A stretch of DNA of 63,788 bases, the filler included, from Sphacelaria rigidula (lineage: Eukaryota), in the NCBI GenBank assembly GCA_964200075.2. It is 8 parts of 8 records of this genome, joined end to end, with 100 filler letters (N's around TTAATTAATTAA, not from the genome) between each part and the next. Parts side by side here need not be neighbours in the genome. Positions count along the whole stretch, not along the records: positions 1 to 7,887 come from CAXNAA020013094.1; positions 7,988 to 15,874 come from CAXNAA020013095.1; 6 more parts are not named here. The stretch is one strand, 5' to 3'. Position numbers and translations under genes: made by a program. Every line of letters starts with the position of its first letter. Position 1 is the stretch's first letter. Of the stretch, positions 1 to 12,388 are shown piece after piece. The notes beneath the pieces are model-generated. The model saw only the letters and a program-made list of their open reading frames with translations. It made no database searches and was not told the DNA's origin.

Positions 1-57
1 GTGTTCCTCGGGGGGGGGGGGGTGCGGGCCGCGGGGGGGGGGAGAGAGAAGAAGAAA

Positions 58-99
<42 letters not shown>

Positions 100-409
100 C
101 AGGTGATGGTGATGTTGAAACGATCAGATGCGACAGCCGTGAGCGAATGTTGTGTTCCTGAATCAGAGTACAGTACTGTAGCTTCGTACCCTGTACCCTG
201 ACTGAAAACGGATCGCACGGAACCGTTTGCGATGTAGTACTACAGCACGCCACTTTGGCGACAGTACACACACGCACAAAAACCAGCGAAACCGGAGAAG
301 AACTATAACCCAGTACTCCGAGAAAAGGCACCGTCAACTTGCATTGCTTCGAAGCGTATCACTGTATCCTATGTTATGCACAGCCCAGCCCCCCTACGTA
401 CGTGAGCAC

Positions 410-580
410 CTGAAATCGAAAAAATGTAAGGCCAGCAATGATGATGGCGAGCGCGATGTCTATCGTGTAGTGTTTGCGCCCGGCAATGGTGCAAGCGCAC
501 ATGGTCAGCAGATACAAAACTCCCCCGAGTTTGACCAACCGGTACACGGCAGGAGAACCTCGTCGAAAGGTTTTGACCAA
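410..580 (-). CDS. Exon of sphingomyelin synthase / inositol-phosphorylceramide synthase family gene (C-terminal catalytic HYxxD motif)
   Basis: CAG|TTG acceptor at 580, CAG|GT donor at 410; 171 nt, phase 0-0; encodes LVKTFRR...CTIAGRKHYTIDIALAIIIAGLTFFRFQ. Confidence 0.8.
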
Positions 581-1021
581 CTGATGAGGCATACGACGAG
601 GGGCAGGGGATAAGGGCGGACGGACCACACAAAGCAAATCAACCGGGAAGGAAGCGGCGGACGGCGGTAGAAGCGTATTGTTGGTATGCGGTCTTTCGCA
701 GGACGATAACAGTGTCAGCGCGGAAGAACAACGCGATGGCGGCGTCGCCACACCAGCGAAGACGACATACACTAGCATCGGTACCTGAACCGTACCAAAA
801 CAACAAACCACACGACCGATATGTTTACTCCATATAATCACGATCGTGAGAGTGAAATGTAATGAGGCGCCCAGTACATAGCGCAGGCAGGGCACAGTTC
901 AATAGAGAAAAACACGCCGCAGCGCACAAAATCAAGACAGAACAGCACACCAACAACAAAAACAGAAACACTACAGAGCAGCACGGAATACTGGGGACGC
1001 CCGCAACACATGCGTGCTCAC

Positions 1022-1232
1022 GAGCAACATCGTCATCGTCGTCCACGCAGTATGTCCGGAGAACACCAAATCGCCACAAGTGCGAAAGTCTCCCATCAGG
1101 GGTCCTAGCCTGGTGGCCACATCGTGCCAGCCACGAGGGGGCGAATACTCGGCGTAGGTCTCGCAGTGCGGCGCCGGGCCCGGCAGCGAAGTGAGCGTCA
1201 CGCAGAGACAGCGCATCAGGTACATCAAGGAC
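1022..1232 (-). CDS. Upstream exon of the same SMS/IPCS-family gene (CGDxxFSGHT motif)
   Basis: ttttacccgcag|G acceptor, CTC|gtgagc donor; encodes MRCLCVTLTSLPGPAPHC...RTCGDLVFSGHTAWTTMTMLL; splices in frame to the 410-580 exon. Confidence 0.82.
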
Positions 1233-1899
1233 CTGCGGGTAAAAAAAGTGATGATAAAATAGCAGGAAAGTTGACGAGGTGAAAACCTCAAAACAAGGTG
1301 AAACAAAAACAAGTATCGAATTAATGCTGTCTCTCCTTCGCTCCCCAGGCCGCCGCCCGACTGCGGATGGTGGTGTCGGGAAGGGGGAAACGGCATCACC
1401 ACATGCATAAAAGACACTGACATGCCCTGACTGTGTACTGCATCAGTTGTGATGTAACATGAACACCAACTAGCCGGTGGGCTACGTCGACAGCATTGGG
1501 CCCGACGCTCAATCCCGCAGCTTGTTCGTTGTTGTCTTTACACTCGAAACCGTTCCGATATATACGCAGTACTCTGTAGGCATCTGCGGAGTCTTATATA
1601 CCCAGAGATTGTGGATCTGTCGAAAACGACGTGGTGATATAAATAACGCAAATGAGTCGGTGCCGGATTGGGCACACTTGACGGACTAGGGCTGGTGACC
1701 AACGCGGGCTGGAACAGCTGCACCCCCCCCCCCCCCCCCCCCCCCCCGCAAGACCAAAATGCAAGTCACGCACCTAGATGAATGAAACAGGGATAAAATC
1801 GGAACATAGGATGTGTTCGCACTGAAGATTACAAGGAGGGTAAGACCGGAAAGGAGGGCACAACAACGAGGGAAGCGTGGAGATGTGAACAGAGCGCCG

Positions 1900-4800
1900 T
1901 TCATGGAGCTGGGTCCTATAGAGTGGATATCTCAGTGGGAACCCGCAGTACAAGGTTCGTACGTTGTCCCTCATGGGAAAAGAACGAGTTTGGCCTTGCT
2001 GAGGTGCTGTTGCTAACAACGGAAGGCGATAGGTCGTCACGTGATTGGCCTGAAGGAGACGAGGAAACCGAGTAGAAAATGAGCTCTCCGCCGCGAGATA
2101 CCGCCTCTTCTTCTGGGGGAGGGAGGGAAAAAGAAAAGGGCTGGAGAATACGGGGTTCGCGCTTGGTGGGCAAGGAGGCGATCATCAACAAGGCCACATG
2201 GACACGAGTATCCATGCACGAGCAATTCACGTCGATGGTTCTCTCGATCTTATGGGAAAATCGAGCACGATCACGTTTGTAACCACCCATACTCCCACAA
2301 AGTCAAGTCCAGGTCAAACAAACAGAGGGGTATGTTATGGACTGAGTTGAACAGCAACGTGACCCAAATTCCCAACAACGGCCACCTGTTTTGTTGTGAG
2401 ACGGATGCTAGCGCGAGGAGTGGCATGATAACAAGAGGGGAAGATCGAAAAATAGAGGTGAAGCCGCGCAGCGGCAAGTACTCCCCCGCGCTAGCGACAG
2501 CAACGGCGCCCAGTGAGTTCCTACAACTTGCAGGTGACAGCGGGTTTGTTTGCCCTCGTCAAAACGTATTTTCAATACCCCATAAGGGAGTCACGTCGCG
2601 TACCATCAACGCCATTACGAACCGTCCCCTAGACAAAAAAAAATACCCTCACTAAATCACACGGCAAGCCCATTGCCCGGTCTTTCGAAATGCCACCGTT
2701 CACCTCCAACCACCCAACGCACGGGATCCGAATCGAAACATCATACTCATCACCACAACGCGCCACTCCTTGACCGATTTGCAAGCAACAGAAACCGGTG
2801 AACTTCCATCGGGCGCAAATCTTTGAATAGACGAGCAAAAACTTTTGAAACCGGTAGACGCGAAACACTCACACCTCACACAGGGTATCTTCAGCGAGCT
2901 CAACAGGGCAAACCCGGAGATACTGTAGGAAGAATTGGCCGCAAACATCACACTCCTGAGATGCACTGAGATGGCGATGCCATGTTCGACTGGACAGCAG
3001 GTACCGCGTGCAAGGATGGTTGGAGAACGGTACGGTTCCGGGCCGCTCTGAGCCAAGTTCGACGAGAAGCCTGGAGTGAGCAACAGATGGCGGGCTTGGC
3101 GATACGGGTGCGGCTGAGAGGAAGGTCTGCATGGCGCACATTGCGAGCTGGTGTGCAGAAGGCTGGGTCATGGAGGTGATCCAACCTGCATTGGATAAAA
3201 TACTGGATGTGTATGCTGAGGAAGTGAAGCAGTACATCGAAATGAGGTACACAGGAGGCAGATATGAGCATCTGCAAGGGATATGATCAGCTGGCAGAAC
3301 ACGTTGAGAGCGAGCAGTATTTCAAGGACAAGGACGCGAAACTGCGCCGGCTCGGGGGCCTCATCTCCAAAAAATACAAACCATAATTCTCCACTTTACT
3401 GAAAGCGGACATCGTGTAAGGAAACAGAGCCATATCACTCAGAGAGCTGCCAATCCTGGATGAGGTACGAGAGGTACTGGGGGCTACGGCTAATGGCAGC
3501 GATGGGACCGGGTGGACAATGTACTGCGTCTCTCAAGGATCGATCGATCGGAGAGCCACCGTTGCGGAGATCCTGTACCACTTCCACAGCATCTTATTCA
3601 CTGTTTCCTTCCACTGTGTAATAACTCAAAAGGCGTCTCCCTCGTGGCGCATGTTGGTAAAGCTCTCCTTGGTAAAGTTTCGCTCAAGTCGTAGCCAACA
3701 GGCTCAGCAGTTTCTGCGAGGAGACAAGAATCTTCCCTGCAAAACAACACGGATTCTGGCGTGAAAAATCCACCGAACAACGTATTAATAGTGCGCCGAC
3801 GTTGGGTCGTGGTTTCAAATCTCAGTGCAGTCACACCATATGGGATTTTTCCCCACGCACTGCCCAACAGTGGAGAGCGACCATGTCGTGGGTGCACAAA
3901 TTTCGACGTCGCGGTCAACAGGAAAAAGGGAGTGCTGAGCCCCTCTCTCGATAAAAAAAGATGGCAAGCACCGCGGAAGGCAGGTGGAGTACAAAAAAGA
4001 AAAACTCCTGTGTTGGCCCTCCTCCTGTGACCCCGACTGGTGCGCCCACATATACCGAAAGGTGTTGACCGGCGTCCAGAATATATGGGAAGACAACACA
4101 ACAACACACACAACGGCAATAGTTGAAACGAACGAGCAATATTCCACTGCTGGCCATGTGCTCCATCGACCTGCATAAGACTCCCTAGACTGCACGATAA
4201 TGTGAGGAAGTACATGCTCGTTTCGGAGTCCCGCCACGGATGATCGAGGTCATCCGTATGTCCACAATGGCATGCTAGCTCGGGTGCAAATGGACGATGG
4301 CGAACCGTCAGAGTGGTTCCGTGTCTACAAGAGACTCAGGCACGGATACGTTTTGTCCCCGCTGGTGACTGATGCCGCGACAGCCCCTCCCCCCCAAACA
4401 AGCCCAATACTGTCACGAATAAAATGGCCACACAGCGCGTGATACCTGGTTTCAGACTTCATGAAGCCTTCATTATGGGCGACATTGGCGAAAACAATCC
4501 CAAGCACGGGAATTCCCAGCTGCTCGGTGTGCTCGGCTTTTGTCAGTTTGACTCCCATATCGATGTTGCCTCCTTAAACCAGGCATTTTTCTGGGGGGAA
4601 GGGGGGGGGGCTATCGAAACATCTCTCTGCTGTTCAACATGTCCGGCGCATCGCTGGTGGATGTGATCGAACAGCGTTTGCCCGGCAGACACGGCCATCG
4701 TCCCAGTCTTGGCTTACCTGAATGATGCGCAAAAAAGTGACCACGGTATCCCCAAAGGAGAGACGCTCCTGGAAAGGGTGCGGGTACGCGGTGTAGGAAA

Positions 4801-5750
4801 TGCTGCACTTGGATAAGGGCATGGCCTCGACGTCCCCAGACGGGTTTACTAGAAGAACGATGGATGCGGCAGAGGTAGTCCGTTAGGAGTTCGAACAAAC
4901 GGTATTGCAGAAAAAAACAGAGTTAACGCGCCTGTGGAAACCGCCCAACTCCCCAGAGACGGCAGCGGAGATCGGGGCGACAAGCCAATTTTAAAAGCAG
5001 ACGGCCGAGCCCGTCTACCCTCGATGGTTCTTTCGGCGCAAACGCGAATATTTCTCTCGAGATCAAACGCCGCGCCAGCACTGCGCGGGCGCGCCTCCGG
5101 ATGCATAGCTCCCAACTCTACAATCGGCCAAAACACCCGGCTCGGTCGCAAAATCCGGCCGTTCAAAGCGCAGGTGGTGAAAGCTGTGCCATACGGATGT
5201 GCAACATGGACGCTGCGCACGGAGGACTTCGATAGTCTGAGCACGGTCCACCGCAAGCTTGCACTACGAGCAGTTAGCTTCCGCAGGAAGAACTGCATAG
5301 GACAACATAAGACTCTTGTATACGGAGCTGTGCTCGACATGACCCACGGCGAGCGTGCCGGGACGACTATCCACAAGCGCCCACTTTCGTTCGCGGGGGG
5401 CCTCGTCATGTAGGACGAGGCACAAATCCCGAAGTGCATCATTTGAAGCGGTTCACCTCACAAGGGTCTCATGAGGGGGGGCACCATACGGAACACCGGG
5501 GTAATCGCCTCTAGGAGAACCCTGCGTGCCTTTCGGGCTATCTGTCCCAGGTGAAGGAGGAACAAGGAAACGGTTTGCCTGTGATATGTATGGAAGTCAA
5601 AGTCTCGCACGATTTGGGTCACTGCGGCCGATAGCATGAGCAAAGAGGTAAGTTTACGCCAAGTGGTCGACAAACGCCATGGTTGGGCGGACGCACTTTG
5701 TTCATGTCTGTTCATAACGCTAAGACCAAGACGAAGGCTAAGGCTAACAC
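1900..5750 (+). mobile_element. Degenerate RTE-type non-LTR retrotransposon (APE endonuclease + RT), many stops/frameshifts; ends approximate
   Basis: Endonuclease relics VIGLKETR (~2045) and TDASARSG (~2400); RT relics SKGVSLVAHVGKALL (~3640), CSIDL and ARFGVP..DDGEPSEWF..LRHGYVLSPL (4160-4365); C-terminal VPYGCATWTLR (~5200). Confidence 0.85.
3797..4112 (+). mobile_element. SINE copy (5'-truncated) inserted in the LINE RT
   Basis: Same body and (AC)n-type tail as copies at 26196, 60987 and 62825; interrupts RT between the QHGF-like and CSIDL motifs. Confidence 0.85.
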
Positions 5751-6776
5751 TGACCCCAAGCGAAGGCATACCGATAACCCTCACAGAAGAGAGATGCGGT
5801 GTCCTAGCCGAGGTGTGCGCAGCGCCGCAGGCGCCGACTTGAGTAAAAACGCCAACTGCACAACTAGAACGCTCAGCCCCCTAAAAAATCGAATGTGACA
5901 TGTTTACACTGAAACCAAAGGTTTATTCAAGCATGGAATTTGTCGAGCGACCAGTTCGCGTGAAATGTACCGCGGGCAACTGGCACCCGGGGGTCGAGGA
6001 AGAGGCGGAGGATTTGGAGGAGGCGTGGCGATATAAAGACCGACGTCAATGCCATCTACGTCGCAACGAGGTTGTTTCGCTGAGCCGGCCAACCAGATAG
6101 CGCCCACGGCTGGCAATACAGCAGCAGCAACAGCCCACGAGAAATCCAAAATGGAAATGGTGTAGAGAGAGAGACCAGCTTTGTCCCCGGACTTAGAACG
6201 GGCTGTGGGGGCAGGCGTGGCACCTACTCCTCCCCTGTCTTGTCCTATCGGTTGTTGGCTTCTTTGGTCGAGCCGCATCGCTAGAGATTTCCTGTATACG
6301 ACTGTACACGTAGCCAAACCGCGGGGGTCAAGAGTAACAAAAAGTGACAAAAGCACGAGAGTCAAGACTTGAAACGTGAGCATGCAAGTTTTCGTCATCA
6401 TTCAGTAGCACGACTCACATCAGGCGTAGCAAATCGGCTACGAAGCGGCACCTCGTTCGCCTATCCAACAGCAGGGATCGGAGAAACGCCACCGCCGGCA
6501 GCGCAAGCGTCAGAATATCACTCAAGGGCCTCCATGCGCTGTGCTTTCCCTGTAATACGGTCCAAGTTTGTGGATTATGGCCATGTATACTCGGAGAACA
6601 CATTCACACACACGTGCAGTATACTTTAGCTCAAGTGTGTAGATAGCTCAAATATATGTACATGAAATCATCTCTTGCCTTGCGATGTGGAAAATGATGA
6701 CGATACAAGCGGTCCTTGTTGGGAGCAAAATACGCGAAAACTCAGACTATACATCCTGTACATGTATATTCATTGC

Positions 6777-6803
6777 TTGATTGATTGATTGATTGATTGA
6801 TTG
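6777..6803. repeat. (TTGA)n microsatellite
   Basis: Direct reading. Confidence 0.95.
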
Positions 6804-7224
6804 TCGCACATTAAGTGATCACCCAGACATCCAGTCATGGTCATTATCCACATGATAGACGTACCGGAGATAAAACAAACCGGAAACACTCGCTGCTGAA
6901 TAGAAGTCATCGTAGGAGTTTTAGGGAAATGCTGGGGGGTACGGGGACAATCCATGTGTCAAGCGTGTCTCGGAAAGTTCTACTGCAAGCTGACTTCCGT
7001 GTTATGATAAAGAGAGTTGGCCGTGGTCATTCTCCAGAATCTCCGAAAATTGCGTGGTTTCGCACCTGTTTAGTCGCATTCTATCACGGAAGGGAGAACG
7101 GGGATAGCAAGTCCCTAGCCTACACTTGAGGCGAGTGAACTGGCTTACTGTACGCATTCCATGGTTTCCCTTATGGTGAAAATCGTTCGAGGTTTATATT
7201 GGAGGAGTTCGGAGGGAAGGGGAG

Positions 7225-7811
7225 GGGGGTACTCATGATTCTGCAAGCCACAGTCAGAAGACCATTGACCTCGCATCCCCACCTACAAAGCCGGGACGGA
7301 ACACGCCGGGTTTTCGCCGGACCAGGCGCACAATCACCAAGCGCGAAACGCTGTGGTGTGTTCGACGAGTCGCATGAAGGGTGCGCTTCATTTTGCTAAG
7401 GTTGTTCGGCCCGAAGCGCGCTATAAGTATCTTGCATGTGGATGATAGCCTACAATGCGTTGCTTTATTTTATAGTATCACCACTTCCAGAGAAAGCCAC
7501 GGGTTACTCACCGCCCCATGGATATCTCGCCCTGAGCGAAGCGGGGGAGGGGGTTACTCATGATTCTGCATGCACCATAAGACCATTGACCTCGCATCCC
7601 CAACTATAAGCCGGGACGGAACACGCCGGGTTTTCGCCTGACCGAGCTCGAAAGTATTCACCAAGCACGAATCGCCGTGGTGTGTTTGGCGAGTCGCATG
7701 AAGGGTTAAATGCATTTTGCCAAGGTTGTTCGGCCCGAAGCGTACTATAATTACCATGCACATGGATGGTAGCCTCGAATGAGTTGCTTTATTTTCTGGT
7801 ATCGTCACTTT
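7225..7811 (+). repeat. Two tandem copies of a G-run-anchored dispersed repeat
   Basis: Units start GGGG(T)TACTCATGATTCTGCA...GACCATTGACCTCGCATCCC at ~7225 and ~7549; homologous to 46835-47818 and 55715-55803. Confidence 0.85.
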
Positions 7812-7887
7812 GGGGGGGGGGGGGGGGGGGGGCGAGGTTGAAAAAACGTAGATGAGAAAAATAAAAAAACCCCCAGACCACGCCGTT

Positions 7888-7987
7888 NNNNNNNNNNNNN
7901 NNNNNNNNNNNNNNNNNNNNNNNNNNNNNNNTTAATTAATTAANNNNNNNNNNNNNNNNNNNNNNNNNNNNNNNNNNNNNNNNNNNN
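7888..7987. other. Artificial contig spacer
   Basis: 44 N + TTAATTAATTAA + 44 N. Confidence 0.99.
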
Positions 7988-8184
7988 AAGGGAAAATGAC
8001 GGTTTCGGTCAATGCTGTAAGCTCACAAAGTCGGCGAATTGCGCTGAAAACGTATCTACGCGATCGAGGGGCATTAGGTCGACAAAAACGTCATAGGGCA
8101 CCATCGCTGAAAGTGTGGGGAAATCACTGTTTTAGGCTTAAACCTCATCTCGGAGGTAGACCTCAATTCGCACAACTTGTTGTT
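7988..8184 (+). mobile_element. Right arm of foldback/TIR element (family A) abutting the gypsy integrase C-terminus
   Basis: Homologous to 57660-57862 and 60640-60842; ends ...CACAACTTGTTGTT. Confidence 0.85.
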
Positions 8185-9291
8185 CAATCCTTGGTGGCCA
8201 TCGAACGTGTGTCGCTCAAACACGGTGATGGGCAGCCGAGGGTAACGTCCAAGGTGGAGTTCGTTCGGAGAGAGACCTGTGGCGGTGTTAACCGAGTTGT
8301 TGTAGGACAACATAATGTGCAAGAGATGTAGGTCCCAGTCACTTTAACGATCATTGACAATCATAGAGAGCATCTGGGCCATGGTGTGGTTAACTCTTTC
8401 GGTACCACCGTTACCGTTCGGGTGGTGGACGCTCGTGGCAGTTTTGCGGATGCCCAGGAGCTTGTCAAGCTCATCAGAGAGATCTGAGCAAACTTGCTGA
8501 CCATTGCCTGAAAGGAGTCGATTTGGGCAAGCGTAGTGCTTAATATAGTCGTGTACCAATATGTCGGCCGTTCCGGCGGCAGTGAATTCTGCGGCGGTTA
8601 CCGCGTACATGGATGCGTGGCGGCTGAAGCGGTCAGTGAAGAGTAAGATGTAGCCGTTGCCGCGACCTGTGGTCGGTAGAGGACCAACGTAGTCAAAGGA
8701 CACGAGGTGGCCTGGCTCGTTGGGGAGTCCCATAGAGATGACGGGCCAGCGTACTGTCTGCCTCGAATTCTTTCGGGCTTGGCATTTGAAGCATCGCCGA
8801 ATCCAGAAGCGGGTGGAAATTTTCATGCCAACCCACCGGCAGAAGCGTTCCAAGAGCGCTAGGATGCGGGTGACGCTAAGGTGACATGACAAGTCTGTGT
8901 GGTAGCCTTTCATGACCCAGGGGCACATTAGTAATGGGACATATATGTGCGTTGGTTCATCGTCGAGTAGTCGTGCGTGTCGTTCTGTGGTTGAGACGGA
9001 AATTGCGCCTGTCAAGGGCGTGGGGCGACGCACGAGTAGTTGCACACCTTCATCCGTAGTAAAAAGGGTGCCTGTACGTACGAGCTTGTATACGTCAGAA
9101 ATAACTGATGGTGGCAATGTGCCAACCGGGGCCAGAAGGGCGGATGGAAAAGGGACTGACAATCGAGTTGTAAGTATCGGATGGCTGCGCAACATGACGG
9201 TTCTGCGTTTTGTTCGCGAGCCTAATTGCGGTGAGAGTCGCTGGTGAGAAACTCGCGTAGTTGACCTTCCACTGGCGAGCCGGCCAAACAT
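8185..9291 (-). pseudogene. Gypsy integrase (HHCC + DDE core; second Asp reads Gly, internal stop at ~8344)
   Basis: HTDLSCH...CFKCQ, VSFDYVGPLP, LLFTDRFSR, LLSGNG, NGGTERVNHT. Confidence 0.92.
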
Positions 9292-9809
9292 GGTGGGGCG
9301 GGCAGCGAGGGAATAGACGACGGGGCAGGAGTGCCGACGTCAATATTTGCACGGGAGCAGGAGCTACGTCGTCAGCTCCATGCTCGGGAGCGGTAGATGT
9401 TGGTGGCGTCGTTACAGGCGGCGGGGCTGTATTAATGCGCGGCGAAGATTCTCTGCTGTGCAAAGTGCACGTTGCAGGAGTGTTCGCGTGTTGTCGGAGA
9501 TTAGGTTGGTGACCGAAGGTGTCTCCGTGAAGAGCTTCGCGCGAGTACCGAAAGTGCGGAAATCGACAAAATCGACAAAATCGACAAAATCGGAGGTAGT
9601 GGGCGCTAACCCACCCAAGACGGCGTCATATGGTAGAGGGCGAGGTCTTCCCACACGCATACCAGTTTCTGGGCACTGGAGTTCGAGGGCGTAAACGGGT
9701 GTTGAAGAATGTATAATCGCGTAAATTCCAGGTTCATCGGGTTCCGTTAAACGGCAAGCCGGGCTGGAATCTTGCGACTGTGGGCGGCAGGGGTAGGAGA
9801 GGAAGAAGA

Positions 9810-10990
9810 TCAGCGTTCCCTTTGGTTTTGCCTGGACGGTGCTTAATTGTACACTGGTATGCTGTTAGAATCTCCAATCATCGTTGTACGCGCGGGTTGT
9901 GTTCGCCAACCTTAGCGAGTTGTTTGAGTGCTTCATGATCCGTGGAGATCTACAAGGGCGCGTAAAAAAGATATTGACGAAGGCGCTTCATGGCCCAAGT
10001 GATAACTCCGCCTTCCAGTTCTAGCGGGATCTAATTGGCCTCGTTGGGCAGCGTAGCGCGGATGATATAGAAGATGGGTCGGACGGAGCCATCAACCTGA
10101 GGTTGATTTAAAACTCCTCCAAATCCGTCTGTGCTGGTGTCAGAGCCATCTTGTACTGCTTCCCAATCAGGAAAACAGAGTACCGACTTTTCGGTAAGCG
10201 TCTTGAGTAATTCGCGGGTGATATTTTCCATATCGGTGGTGAAGAAAAACACGGCTGCTTTCTTGAGTAGCTCAGTAAGGGGGCGGGTCCGTTTTGATAG
10301 ATTTGGCAAAAAATTGCGGTAGTAGGATGGTCCGCCCAACATGTCAGTTGGCATCGGCAAGTCAGTCATAGCCTTGACTTTGTTTGTGTCCGGATGCTGG
10401 CCTGCTGGCGAAATGGAATGTCCCAGGATATCCAGGTCAGTCGCACCAAGGCGAGGTTTGCATGGAGGCAGTTTCAAGTCGTGTGTACGTAGGCGAGAGA
10501 GAATTTTTCGTTGGGTGCGGATTTGTGCAATAGGTGAGGCATCGAAAGCGATAGCGTCATCCAGGTACATGATGATGTGCTCGAGGCCCTCGGTGACGCG
10601 TTGCATTGAGCGTTGGAAGCATCCCGGGGCAGTGGCAGCACCTTGCGGCCTTTGAAGCCACTCGTAGAGTCCGGACGAGGTACAATCGGCCGTCAGTGGG
10701 ACTGTGTCAGGGTGAATAGCATTCTGAAAAAATCCAGAAACGAGGTCGAAAGTGCTCAATATTTTTCGTTCGCCTAAGGGGTCGAAGACTCCATCAATGC
10801 GGGGAATTGGAAGTTTACTGACCACAGTAACGCGGTTCAACCGTTGGTAATTCACGGTTATGCGTATGTTTCCATCATTTTTGGGGACGACCACAAGGGG
10901 CGAGGCCCAAGGAGAGGAGGAATGTTGAATTAATCCCGTCCCAAATATGCATCCAAGAGGGTGTTTACCTTCTTGGCAAGGATTGGGTTT
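9810..10990 (-). pseudogene. Gypsy reverse transcriptase and RNase H, with premature stops
   Basis: RITVNYQRLN, FDLVSGFFQ, MYLDDAIAF; RNase H DTSTDGFGGVL, LELEGGVITWAMKRLRQYL, STDHEAL. Confidence 0.93.
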
Positions 10991-12049
10991 GTCTGGTATG
11001 GCCGAGAAGAGATCGGCGAGACGCCGGGTTGGAGGGTAGCCTCAAAGAGCAGCGTTTTGCAATGCCCAAGATCCGTCTCAGATCGAGAAAATCGGTCTTG
11101 GTACTGTAGCAGGACATCACTCAGTTCTCGGATGACTGCTGGTTCCTAGTCGGGCCCATGAAGATCAAAATTGATGTCGCGCATGTGTGGCGGTAGTTGG
11201 TGCCACATTTGCAAAAAACTGCTCCGAGAATCTGGTGAAAAGCGTAGAAGCACTACAGCAGCAGGATCGGAATTAGACTGGGCAGGATCCACGGTGTGGA
11301 CCTGGGGTGGGGTCGCAGAGGCGAGATCGAAATAAGGTTCATCGACACAATGGACTGACTGCGCCGGAGAGGTGGCGTTTGGCGCAGCAGGCTCTGTTAC
11401 GCACGTCTCGAGTGGGATGTGCATCAGGGGAGCAGCGGCGATTCCTAAAATATCGCCGGGTTCCAAGTCAGCATGACCCGAAACAGAGAGGAGTTGTTGT
11501 CCCGCCGAGACAAAATGTTCTATGTCGGCTGGTGCGCCAATACGGGGTAACATTTTGGCAAGAAAATGAATCGCAAGTGCTGGCATGCCATTTCGGCGAG
11601 CTAGTGCAAGTTCTAAAAGTTTAGGATCGTCGGAGAGTGTAATACCAACGCTACCGTTGTATCGTAGGTGGTAGGCAGCTCCGGTTGCTTGAGCATTGTC
11701 CTGGTAGGCCAGGGCGCCGTGGAGAGTACCGAAGTGTTCAAGGTTGAATTTTCCACGAGGCGTGGAATGTGGCGTCGGGGACAATGTATGCCCAGACTGT
11801 CAGGCTGGCAGAACGAGTGGTAACTACTGCCGAGATAGCCCCCCCCCCGAACCGGCCAAAAAAAGTGCACGGAGGCGATGGTAATAAATGCCGTTAGAGC
11901 TAGTTTCGTCCTGCACGACCCGACTCGTTTGGGCGTAATAGCTGATTTCGGACTGCTGCACACCTCTCGTCTGGGCGAAATTGCTGCAAACGAGTCCAAT
12001 AGTGGGATCGCAGCCGCTTTGTCGGACGGTCTCCGGCGCACTTTTTTGT

Positions 12050-12388
12050 GGGGAGGCTATCTCGACATTAGTCTGGTGTTGTGAAAAGAATTGTACACTA
12101 AGACGTACTGATTATCGTGTCGTCAGGGGTGCGGCAGAATCACCGAAACCGCCCCATACTCGAGGTTGGCTGGTAGTTTCACAAGCTGCAGTAGCAGCAC
12201 CAGTCTGTTTCATGTGTTTCCATGTTGATTCTCGAATAAATGTTTTGCGGGGTGCCGCTATCCGACAAGGACACGCATTTCGTAGGCGTGGTAGCGTTTG
12301 GACCAGAGTGGATCGCAACGCGTGTAGTGAAAGTGGCCGGATCCACCGATAATTTACCGCTGACAAGATCCGGACCATGTTCCGGCAC
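12050..12388 (-). pseudogene. Gypsy aspartic protease relic (frameshifted)
   Basis: CVSLSDSGTPQ followed in another frame by TFIRESTW...WGGFG. Confidence 0.65.

Noticed and set aside
1..201. Gly-rich ORF
   Set aside because: Product of G homopolymer runs at a contig end.
1510..1617. Possible minus-strand exon IHNLWVYKTPQMPTEY...
   Set aside because: Runs into a stop, no family similarity recognised, cannot be linked to the IPCS exons.
3598..4237. Recurring similar ORFs (e.g. GAPAGVTQEEGQHR) at 3815, 45305, 61142, 62915 as a protein family
   Set aside because: They are translations of the non-coding SINE's reverse strand.
7932..7943. TTAATTAATTAA repeating every ~7986 bp as a regular array or CRISPR-like repeat
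   Set aside because: Always centred in N-runs; assembly linker, not biology.
8344..11150. Trp/Gln-to-stop changes in the gypsy as evidence of RIP-like hypermutation
   Set aside because: These are the commonest routes to stops under ordinary transitions; cannot be tested without a consensus alignment.
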